Part shown: positions 10,007 through 19,200 of the stretch, one piece after another | Numbering within the stretch: position 1 is the first letter of the stretch | How the letters are laid out: every line of letters starts with the position of its first letter | The notes under the pieces: generated by a model | The model's input: only the letters and a program-made list of their open reading frames with translations | What the model was told of the DNA's origin: nothing | Database searches by the model: none | Translations under genes and position numbers: made by a program | Assembly: GCA_024762655.1 (NCBI GenBank) | Contig: JANTHB010000005.1 | Coordinates: 403 to 64,402 of the forward strand | Source: Bacteroidales bacterium | GTDB lineage: Bacteria; Bacteroidota; Bacteroidia; Bacteroidales; VadinHA17 | DNA: 64,000 nt | Direction: 5' to 3'

Positions 10007-10121
10007 CTCCTTTCTGTCATTGTATTAGCGTAACACCGGCATAGGTCTGAATGCTGAAAAGAAACGGGGACAAAACTACATAATTTTACGGCTCTCTGTT
10101 ATACCCGTGAAATAAAAAGAA

Positions 10122-10161
10122 CAAAAACAGCCCGGTTAGATAAACCGGGCTGTTTTGCTTT
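10122..10161 (-). terminator. Intrinsic terminator downstream of the beta-helix lipoprotein gene
   Basis: CAGCCCGG (10128-10135) pairs with CCGGGCTG (10145-10152). A and T runs flank both sides, so it could act in both directions. Confidence 0.6.
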
Positions 10162-10181
10162 TTCTAATCAGAATCTGTTTA

Positions 10182-11261
10182 TTAATGACTGTCATACATT
10201 ATATTGCTCCAGTTCATCCAGATGCTGGCATTATCGTCATATATTCCACCCCAGTCTCCGTTTCCGGGAGTGGTTGCATCCCCGTCGCCATTGGTGTCTC
10301 CTTTTTTGGAATCGTCTTTGTAAGAGGTGAAAAAGACACCCGTACCGCCATGATTGTTCAATTGCGAACCTTGTGCCAGGACCAGGGTGCCTTCAGGCTT
10401 GAATTTCAAAACCACGTTGTCTCCCAGTGTGAGGGAGCCTCCCGAGTAGATCCACCAGTCATTATCGTCTATGACAAAGGCTACTTCCGTTTCAGCCCAG
10501 GAAAGAGCCGAAGCAAGGTCATCCGTATATACATATATTCCGTTATATTTATTGGTTTCACTGGCATTGTCAGGATTATGGAATACGTTGGAATTGTCAA
10601 TATTCATATACACACTAACCGACAAAGGACGAATGTTGTCATAGAAAATATTGTTTTGTACGATGCTGCCCGAAGTAGCATCAACCATGGCCAGCGCTCC
10701 GTACCATCCCGTATTGTCGCTACCGTCGTTATGCGCAAAAACACAGTTTTTTACAGTAGCTCTTCCATAGATTGTCAGGGTGGATGAGTAGGTGCTGTTT
10801 CCTCCGTACAGGAAATGACAGTATTCAAAATCCGACCCGTTCAGTCCGTTGGTGTTAATCTCTCCCCAGTCTTTTGATGCCGGAGAGGTGGCGTTTCCGT
10901 CACCATTGGTATCTCCTCCGTGGTCATCATCTTTGTATGAGGTGAAAATAATCGGTTTTGCAGCGGAACCCTTGGCAATAACGGTTCCCGTCCCTCCCAG
11001 CATCATGTAAGGACCTTCGGTGGGATGAAACTTGATGATAGCTCCGGGTTTGATGGTCAGTGTGTTGTTGACATAAAAATCCCAGGCCTCAATGACGTAA
11101 ATAGAATCACCGGACCAGGTAGTGGGCTGGTCGATGTCGTGGGTGATGATCACAACATTGGATTGGCTGGCCGGGGGTTCGGTTTTGTCTTTTTTACAGG
11201 ACACCCCGAAAAGCACAAGACTTGCGGTAAAAAGAAAAACAAGAAACTTTGTTTTTTTCAT
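10182..11261 (-). CDS. Lipoprotein, predicted right-handed beta-helix with duplicated GDTNGDG Ca-binding-like motifs
   Basis: Lipobox (LVLFGVSCKK). Two copies of the module (I/V)FFTSYKDD..GDTNGDG.AT.P...DWG.I. NxxFxxN-type beta-helix rungs. Confidence 0.55.
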   Translation of the reverse strand: MKKTKFLVFLFTASLVLFGVSCKKDKTEPPASQSNVVIITHDIDQPTTWSGDSIYVIEAWDFYVNNTLTIKPGAIIKFHPTEGPYMMLGGTGTVIAKGSAAKPIIFTSYKDDDHGGDTNGDGNATSPASKDWGEINTNGLNGSDFEYCHFLYGGNSTYSSTLTIYGRATVKNCVFAHNDGSDNTGWYGALAMVDATSGSIVQNNIFYDNIRPLSVSVYMNIDNSNVFHNPDNASETNKYNGIYVYTDDLASALSWAETEVAFVIDDNDWWIYSGGSLTLGDNVVLKFKPEGTLVLAQGSQLNNHGGTGVFFTSYKDDSKKGDTNGDGDATTPGNGDWGGIYDDNASIWMNWSNIMYDSH

Positions 11262-11412
11262 TTTTTAGTGTTTTTGATTTTGAACTAAATCTGAATGTTT
11301 TTTATAACATAAAAATTAATACGTAGAAAGAAAACTAAAGTTTCTGTTAAACGTGGAATTTTTCCCGGGAAATATTATTTTTAAAAGGTTTGTAATGCAA
11401 GGGTAATTCGTG

Positions 11413-11420
11413 TATTTTTG
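11413..11420 (+). promoter_or_regulatory. -7 promoter box TATTTTTG for the glycogen operon
   Basis: Exact TAnnTTTG match 19 nt upstream of the ATG at 11439. It overlaps the listed (non-ATG) start at 11418, which argues for the 11439 start. Confidence 0.55.
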
Positions 11421-11438
11421 CATCAAAATATTTTGAAC

Positions 11439-13403
11439 ATGAGTTATTTGCAATTTGATAAAAAACAACTGGTAAATCTTGAATATTCCCTGAGCAAGGA
11501 AATCCTGCGTTCCAACCGTGCCGGATCATATGCTTCTTTTACCATCATCGGATGCAACACACGTAAGTATCATGGCCTGTTAATATGTCCCATAGAAGCT
11601 TTCGGAGGCGAGCAGCATGTGTTGTTATCCAGCCTGGATACCACCGTCATACAGCGGGGGAAAGAATTCAACCTTGGGATCCATAAGTTTGAGGGAGATT
11701 TATACGAGCCCAGGGGGCATAAGTATATTCGTGAGTTTTATGCCGAGACCATCCCTCAGCTTTATCGCCGGGTAGGCGGGGTGGTATTGCTCGAAGAAAA
11801 GTTATTGGTCGAAAAAAAAGAACAACTACTGGTTAAATTCACTTTACTGGAAGCACATTCCGATACATGGTTGCGTTTTAGGCCTTTTTTGGCCTTCCGG
11901 AACAAACACGCCCTGACGCATGCCAATATGTATGCCAATACCAAAGTGCAGTTTATTGAAAACGGCGTGCGCATAAGGATGTATGAAGGCTTTCCCTACT
12001 TGCATATGCAGTTTAACAAACCGGCAGATTTCATACCGGTACCTCATTGGTTTTACAATATTGAATATATCCGCGAGCAGGAACGGGGCTATGATTACAA
12101 GGAGGATCTTTTTGTTCCGGGTTATTTTGAAGTGCCCATACGCAAAGGAGAGAGTGTGATCTTTTCTGCTTCGACGCAGGCCGAGGCCACTGCCAATCTG
12201 AAAAGAACTTTTACTTATGAGTTGAAGAAACGTACTCCGCGCAATTCTTTCCGGAACTGTCTGATCAATTCCGCACAACAATTTATCAAACATTATAAGA
12301 GAAAAACAGAGGTTATCGCAGGTTTTCCATGGTTTGACAGTTGGGGCCGGGATACATTTATCTCCCTGCCCGGGCTTACGCTTACAATGGGGAACATTAA
12401 GGATTTTAAGGCGGTAATGAAAACGGAGATTTCAAAAATGAGCGATAAGGGGCTTTTCCCAAATATGGGAAAAGACGGCAATTACGCTTTTAATTCGGTG
12501 GATGCCCCATTGTGGTTTTTCTGGGATGTTCAGCAATACATTTACTTTACCGGAGACAAAAAAGGAGCGTGGGAACTCTATGGGAAGGTGATGAAGAGAA
12601 TTCTCGAAACTTACCGGCACGGTACGGATTATAATATCGGTATGCGCGAGAATGCCCTGATATGGGCCGGAGAACAGGGGAAAGCCCTTACATGGATGGA
12701 TGCTGTGGTAGAAGGGGTCCCTGTTACGCCGCGAACCGGTTTTCCGGTGGAGATCAACGCCCTGTGGTTCAATGCCGTTTCTTTTGTTCTTTCCCTGGCA
12801 GAAGAATTCGGAGATTATGAATTTACGGAAAAATGGAAGGATCTCCCCGGGAAAATAAAAAATTCATTTATGGATATGTTCTGGGATGAAGAGCGGAAAT
12901 ACCTGGCTGATTTTGTATCGGATAAGGGACCGAACTGGCAGGTCCGGCCCAACCAGGTGATCGCAACATCCCTGCCGTACAGTCCTCTGGATGATGAAAA
13001 AAAACAACGGGTGTTGCGGAAGGCGGAAAAACAACTGCTCACCCCCCGGGGCCTGCGGACCCTTTCGCCGGAAGATCCGGAATACAAAGGCCGCTATCAT
13101 GGCGACCAGGCGAAAAGAGACCGGGCTTATCACCAGGGTACGGTATGGCCCTGGTTACTGGGGCCTTATTGTGAAGGAGTGCTCAAACTGTACAAGAGAA
13201 GTGCGGTTTCAAAGATTCGTAATCTGATCTGGGGTTTTGAAGAGGAAATGATGCAACACGGTATAGGGAGTATCTCAGAGATCTATGACGGGGATCCTCC
13301 CCACGAAGGAAAAGGAGCTATATCCCAGGCCTGGAGTGTCTCGGAGGTGCTGAGAGTACTTGATTTGCTGGATAAAACAGAGTCGGAAAATGACATTGTC
13401 TAA
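11439..13403 (+). CDS. Glycogen debranching enzyme (amylo-alpha-1,6-glucosidase, GDE_N + GDE_C type)
   Basis: NTRKYHGLL N-terminal motif. The C-terminal (alpha/alpha)6 region has GFPWFDSWGRDTFISL, DAPLWF, TWMDA and AISQAWSVSEVLR. Confidence 0.85.
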   Translation: MSYLQFDKKQLVNLEYSLSKEILRSNRAGSYASFTIIGCNTRKYHGLLICPIEAFGGEQHVLLSSLDTTVIQRGKEFNLGIHKFEGDLYEPRGHKYIREFYAETIPQLYRRVGGVVLLEEKLLVEKKEQLLVKFTLLEAHSDTWLRFRPFLAFRNKHALTHANMYANTKVQFIENGVRIRMYEGFPYLHMQFNKPADFIPVPHWFYNIEYIREQERGYDYKEDLFVPGYFEVPIRKGESVIFSASTQAEATANLKRTFTYELKKRTPRNSFRNCLINSAQQFIKHYKRKTEVIAGFPWFDSWGRDTFISLPGLTLTMGNIKDFKAVMKTEISKMSDKGLFPNMGKDGNYAFNSVDAPLWFFWDVQQYIYFTGDKKGAWELYGKVMKRILETYRHGTDYNIGMRENALIWAGEQGKALTWMDAVVEGVPVTPRTGFPVEINALWFNAVSFVLSLAEEFGDYEFTEKWKDLPGKIKNSFMDMFWDEERKYLADFVSDKGPNWQVRPNQVIATSLPYSPLDDEKKQRVLRKAEKQLLTPRGLRTLSPEDPEYKGRYHGDQAKRDRAYHQGTVWPWLLGPYCEGVLKLYKRSAVSKIRNLIWGFEEEMMQHGIGSISEIYDGDPPHEGKGAISQAWSVSEVLRVLDLLDKTESENDIV

Positions 13404-13418
13404 AATAATATCGAAATT

Positions 13419-14708
13419 ATGAAAGTCCTGATGTTTGGCTGGGAATTTCCTCCGCATATTTCCGGGGGCCTGGGTACGGCCAGTTATGGTTTGACAAAAG
13501 GGCTGTATGCCGCTGGCGGGGTGGATATCCTTTTTGTTGTGCCGAAGGCCTATGGCGATGAAGATCAGTCGAAAGTGAAGGTGCTGGGAGCCTCTGAGGT
13601 GAATGTCAGGAAACATTTTTATCATTTTGATGAATTGAGAGCGCAGATGTCTTACCTGGAGGTGCATTCCGATATTGTTCCTTATACCGATCCGGATGAA
13701 TTCTGGCAGTTGAAGAAAAAAGAAGTGAGCTCCCGGAGGTGGTATGTTCAGACCGACGAGGAAGGAAGATTGCCCTTTTCCGGAAAATATGGCAGCGATC
13801 TGCTGGATGAAATCGCCCGCTATGCGCTGGTGGCTTCGGCCATTGCTGCCGAGTATGATTTTGATGTGATCCATGCCCACGATTGGTTGGCTTATCCTGC
13901 CGGTATGGCGGCCAAGGAGGTTTCAGGAAAACCGCTGGTCATTCATGTGCACGCCACCGATTTTGACCGTAGTCGCGGAAACGTGAATCCCCAGGTGTAC
14001 GAAATAGAAAAAAGAGGAATGGATGCGGCGGATAAGATCATTGCCGTGAGCAACCTGACGCGAAATACCATTATTGAAAAATATCATATCCCGCCGGAGA
14101 AAGTGGTTACCGTCTATAATGCCGTAGAACCCCTGCAACTGAACAAAGAAAATTTCAGTCAACGGAGTATCCCGGATAAGATTGTGACTTTCCTGGGCCG
14201 CATCACCATGCAAAAAGGACCGGAATATTTTGTGGAGGCAGCCGTACGCGTTTTGCAGAAGATGAACGGGGTGCGTTTTGTGATGGCCGGCAGTGGAGAT
14301 ATGATGTATAAAATGATATCCCTGGTGGCTTCCGAAAAAATTGCCGACCACTTTCATTTTACCGGGTTCTTAAAAGGGGATGATGTTTATAATATGTTGC
14401 TGCAGAGTGACGTCTATGTTATGCCCTCCGTTTCGGAACCTTTCGGCATATCCCCCCTGGAAGCGCTTCAGTCGGATGTGCCGGTGATTATCTCCCACCA
14501 GTCGGGTGTGGCAGAAATACTCACCCATGCCCTGAAGGTGAATTACTGGGACATCGATGCGATGGCCGACGCTATTTACGGCGTGTTGAATTATCCCGCA
14601 TTGACCACCATGTTCCGTAAATACGGAAAAGAAGAAGTGAATCAATTGAAATGGGAAAACTCGGCACGGAAAGTGAAAGAAATATATGAATCCCTGACAC
14701 AGGTTTAA
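13419..14708 (+). CDS. GT4 glycosyltransferase, glycogen-synthase-like
   Basis: The MKVLMFGWEFPPHISGGLGTA N-terminus and SEPFGISPLEALQSDVPVI are typical. It sits between the debranching enzyme and GH57, a gene trio I recall as conserved in Bacteroidales. Confidence 0.75.
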   Translation: MKVLMFGWEFPPHISGGLGTASYGLTKGLYAAGGVDILFVVPKAYGDEDQSKVKVLGASEVNVRKHFYHFDELRAQMSYLEVHSDIVPYTDPDEFWQLKKKEVSSRRWYVQTDEEGRLPFSGKYGSDLLDEIARYALVASAIAAEYDFDVIHAHDWLAYPAGMAAKEVSGKPLVIHVHATDFDRSRGNVNPQVYEIEKRGMDAADKIIAVSNLTRNTIIEKYHIPPEKVVTVYNAVEPLQLNKENFSQRSIPDKIVTFLGRITMQKGPEYFVEAAVRVLQKMNGVRFVMAGSGDMMYKMISLVASEKIADHFHFTGFLKGDDVYNMLLQSDVYVMPSVSEPFGISPLEALQSDVPVIISHQSGVAEILTHALKVNYWDIDAMADAIYGVLNYPALTTMFRKYGKEEVNQLKWENSARKVKEIYESLTQV

Positions 14709-14720
14709 TACTACAGGAAT

Positions 14721-16154
14721 ATGAGGAAATTATGTTTGTATTTTCAGGTTCATCAACCGTTCAGGTTGCGCAGATACCGTTTTTTTGATATTGGCAACGA
14801 TCATTACTATTATGATGATTATCTGAATGAAAGCGTGATGAAGAAAGTGGCGGAGCGTTCTTATCTGCCTACCAATAAAATTATGATCGATTTACTTAAT
14901 AAATATAAGGATTTTAAAGTGGCTTTTTCCATATCGGGAATGGCCCTTGAGCAGTTTGAGCTGTATGCTCCCGAAGTGCTGGATTCTTTCCGTGCCCTGG
15001 CAGCCCATCCGAATGTTGAATTACTGGATGAGACGTATAACCATTCTTTGGCTTCTTTGGCGAACAAGGATGAGTTTATCCGGCAGGTTAAAGAACACCG
15101 GGCGGCAATGAAAAAATATTTCGGGGTTACGCCCCGTGTTTTCAGAAATACCGAGTTGATCTATTCGGATGAGATTGGAGCCACGGTGGCGGAGATGGGT
15201 TATGAAGGGCTGCTTACCGAAGGAGCCAAACATGTGCTGGGATGGAAAAGCCCCAATTACCTTTATTGTAATGCCATCAATCCCCGGCTGAAAGTGCTGC
15301 TGAAAAATTTTACGCTTAGTGATGATATCGCTTTTCGTTTTTCTGACCAAAACTGGGCCGAGTGGCCCCTGACTGCTGAAAAATTTGCAGGGTGGTTGCG
15401 GGAAATCCCGGCCCGGGAGGAAGTGGTCGGACTCTTCATGGATTATGAAACATTCGGAGAACATCAGTGGAAAGAAACCGGTATTTTTGAGTTCCTGGAG
15501 GCACTCCCTGAAAAAGTTCTGGGAACAACGGATTTTGTTTTTTCCACACCCATTGAGGCCATTGAAGAATTGCAGCCTGTCTCCGATATCTCCGTGCCCC
15601 ATCCGATATCGTGGGCGGACGAAGAACGGGATCTTACAGCCTGGCTCGGCAATGAACTGCAGGATGAGGCTTTCGGGAAACTCTATGCTTTGCATGAGGA
15701 AATACGAAAAATTAAAGATCCGGGGATACTCAAGGATTGGTGTTATCTCCAGGCCAGCGACCATTTTTATTATATGTGTACGAAATTCTTCTCAGACGGT
15801 GCCGTACATTCTTACTTCAATCCGTATGACACGCCGTATGATGCTTTTATTAATTTTATGAATGTGATGAGTGACTTTGAGATCAGGGTGCATACTGCTG
15901 TGCCGGCCCGGGAAAAATCCCCCGAGCTTGCCAGACTCACAAAATTACTGAAGGAAAAGGAGAATGAAGTAAAAAAATATCAGGATGAGTTGATAAAATA
16001 TAAAGGGGGAGACAAACTTACGACAGAAAAAACCGCCTCAAAGAAAAAGAAGGCATCTGTCTCTTCACGAAAAAAAACCACTGTGAAAAAGAAAACCACA
16101 GCGAAAAAATCCTCCCCCGGAAGTCGTAAAAAAACCTCTTCTTCCGGAAAATAA
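14721..16154 (+). CDS. GH57 family alpha-amylase / glucanotransferase with Lys-rich C-terminal tail
   Basis: LYFQVHQPFRLRRY N-terminus, FRNTELIYSD and MDYETFGEH (GH57 catalytic Glu region). The last 50 aa are K/S/T-rich. Confidence 0.85.
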   Translation: MRKLCLYFQVHQPFRLRRYRFFDIGNDHYYYDDYLNESVMKKVAERSYLPTNKIMIDLLNKYKDFKVAFSISGMALEQFELYAPEVLDSFRALAAHPNVELLDETYNHSLASLANKDEFIRQVKEHRAAMKKYFGVTPRVFRNTELIYSDEIGATVAEMGYEGLLTEGAKHVLGWKSPNYLYCNAINPRLKVLLKNFTLSDDIAFRFSDQNWAEWPLTAEKFAGWLREIPAREEVVGLFMDYETFGEHQWKETGIFEFLEALPEKVLGTTDFVFSTPIEAIEELQPVSDISVPHPISWADEERDLTAWLGNELQDEAFGKLYALHEEIRKIKDPGILKDWCYLQASDHFYYMCTKFFSDGAVHSYFNPYDTPYDAFINFMNVMSDFEIRVHTAVPAREKSPELARLTKLLKEKENEVKKYQDELIKYKGGDKLTTEKTASKKKKASVSSRKKTTVKKKTTAKKSSPGSRKKTSSSGK

Positions 16155-16257
16155 AGAGCAATATATCAGGGACCGAAATGTTACCGGCTGCAGCCAGGAG
16201 AGGAGGATCGTTTAAAAAATTTAAGAACATAAAAACATTAAAACATAAAATAAAACT

Positions 16258-19200
16258 ATGAAGCCGAATTCATTATTTGAAGTAAGTTGGGAAGTATGTA
16301 ATAAAGTAGGAGGGATATATACGGTCATTACCACGAAAGTGCCTTCGATGGTTAAAGAATTTGGGGAACAGTATTTTTTGATCGGGCCCGATATCATTAA
16401 GGAAAACGGAGACCGCGGAGAATTTATCGAAGACGATACATTATATCAGGCCTGGAGAGAACAGGCTACTGCTGAAGGACTGAACGTCCGCATGGGACGC
16501 TGGAATATCCCCGGCACCCCGGTGGTTCTTTTACTTGATTTCTATTCTTTTATAATGCAAAAGGATGAAATTTTTAAAAAATTATGGGAAGATTTCAAGC
16601 TGGATTCCCTCTCCGGACAATGGGATTACATTGAGCCGGCATTGTTCGGATATGCCGCCGGCAGGGTGATTGAAAGCTTTACCAATTTTAATCTGGGATT
16701 TCAGGAGAATGTCATTGCTCAGTTTCATGAGTGGATGACCGGGGCCGGGGTATTGTACCTGAAAAGCTCGGCGCCTCATATAGGTACAGCTTTTACGACC
16801 CATGCCACGGCATTGGGCCGGGCTATAGCAGGCAACAACAGAAAGCTGTATAAGAACCTGGAAAACTATAATCCTTATCAGGTAGCCCGTGAATTTGGAA
16901 TTGTTTCCAAACACTCTCTCGAGTCACTGTCCGGTCAGGAAGCGGATGTATTTACCACCGTCAGCTCTATTACCGCACGCGAGTGTGAATATTTCCTGGG
17001 GAAAAAGGTGGATCTGGTTACACCGAATGGTTTTGATAACGCCATTGTTCCGGACCGGCAACATTTCGGCTCAAAACGGAAGAATGCCCGGAAAGCCTTG
17101 CTGACGACAGCCGGCAGATTACATCACAGGACCTATGCGGAAGACACTTTTCTGGTGGCAATAAGCGGAAGGTATGAGTTTAAGAATAAAGGGATAGATG
17201 TCTTTATTAAATCTTTGTCCCGGCTGCGGGAGCTGAAAGGGAGCCGTGAGATGATCGCTTTTATTCTGATACCGGCAGATCATGCCGGCCCACGTCAGGA
17301 TCTGCTGGAGGCATTAAGGAATAACAAAGAATTTGAATCGTCCGATACAACTCTGACACACGAGCTTCGTAATAAAGATCATGATGCGATCATACAACTG
17401 TTGCGTCAAAAGGAACTTGACCGTGAGAAGGATGATTCCATACATGTGGTTTTTGTTCCTTCCTACCTGAACGGAGATGATGGGATCTTCAACATCCCCT
17501 ATTATGACCTTTTGATAGGCTTTGATCTTACGGCTTTCCCGTCTTATTACGAACCCTGGGGTTATACTCCGCTGGAGAGTTTGGCCTTTCATGTTCCTAC
17601 CGTGACAACAACCCTGGCGGGTTTCGGAGCCTGGGTAAAAGAGCACTTTGAAGTTGAGCACCACGGGACCCATATTATTGACAGGAATGATGATAATGAT
17701 GATGAAGTCATTCATGCCCTGGCAGAAGCCATGGCTTTATACCGGGAAATGAAGCAGGAAGAAATGGAAGAAACCCGTGAAGAAGCATGGCGGATATCCC
17801 AGATCGCCTTGTGGAAAAATCTGGTTTCTTACTACCAGGATGCCTATAACATTGCGATAGAGAAAGTGGGGGAACGTTTCAAATCGCTCGAACTTGTTTC
17901 TCAGACCACCCAGGCCCCTTTAATTATGCCCAGAACGCTGCTTACCGTACCTCAGTGGAAACCTTTCTTTATTGACTCCCGCCTACCGGCCCGGTTGGTC
18001 GTTCTGGAAGAGCTTGCTAAAAACCTTTGGTGGTCCTGGAATGAAGACGCCAGGAATATTTGGAAGTTCATGGATCCGGTAAAATGGGTGGAATGCGATT
18101 ACAATCCGTTGTTACTCCTGGAAACGCTGGATTATAAAAAGCTTCTGATTTTATCTCGCGACAAGGTGTTTTTAAGCCGTCTGGACAACGTGGTGGAAAA
18201 GTTCAGAAATTATATGCAGGAGAAGCCCGACGCTTCGCTGCCGCATATCGCTTATTTTAGTATGGAGTTCGGATTGCACAATGCCCTGAAAATATATTCC
18301 GGGGGGCTCGGGATACTGGCCGGAGATTATCTGAAGGAAGCCAGTGATGAAAACAAATCCATGACAGGCATCTCCTTATTATACCGGTTCGGTTATTTCA
18401 AACAGGTGTTGAGCATTAACGGAGAGCAGATGGAGTCTTATGAAGCCGAGCAATTTTCAAAACTTCCGGTAACCCCGGTGAAAGACGAGGAAGGAAACTG
18501 GAAAACGGTAGAGGTGGGTTTTCCGGGACGTACGGTGAAAGCCAGAATATGGGAAGCAAAAGTAGGCCGTGTTTCCCTGTATCTTCTGGATACCGATATG
18601 GAGGAGAATCAGGAGCGCGACCGTTCCATCACCCATCATCTGTATGGCGGAGACAGGGAAAACAGGTTGAAACAGGAATTGCTTTTAGGGGTAGGAGGTA
18701 TAAGGGCTCTTAAAACCTTAGGAATCCGGCCGGATTTATACCACAGCAATGAGGGCCATTCTGCCTTTATCGGTTTGGAAAGGATCAACCATCTTATCCA
18801 CGATCATCACCTCTCCTTCGCCGAAGCGCGCGAGGTAGTGCGTGCTTCCACCCTCTTTACCACCCATACCCCTGTACCGGCAGGACACGATCAGTTCGAA
18901 GAGAGTTTGTTGAGGACGTATCTGTCGCATTATCCCGACCGCCTGAAGATATCATGGGACGAAATGATGAACCTGGGAAGAAAACAGCCGGGGAACACCC
19001 ATGAAAAGTTCAATATGAGCTTTCTGGCTGCCAATCTTTCAGGGGAGATGAATGGCGTGAGTAAGCTGCACGGCGAAGTGAGCAAGGATATCTTTAAAGA
19101 TCTCTGGCCCGGTTTTCTGAAAGAAGAATTAAAGATCGGATATGTCACCAATGGCGTTCATTTTAAAACCTGGGCTTCAGGATACTGGGAAAACTTTCTG

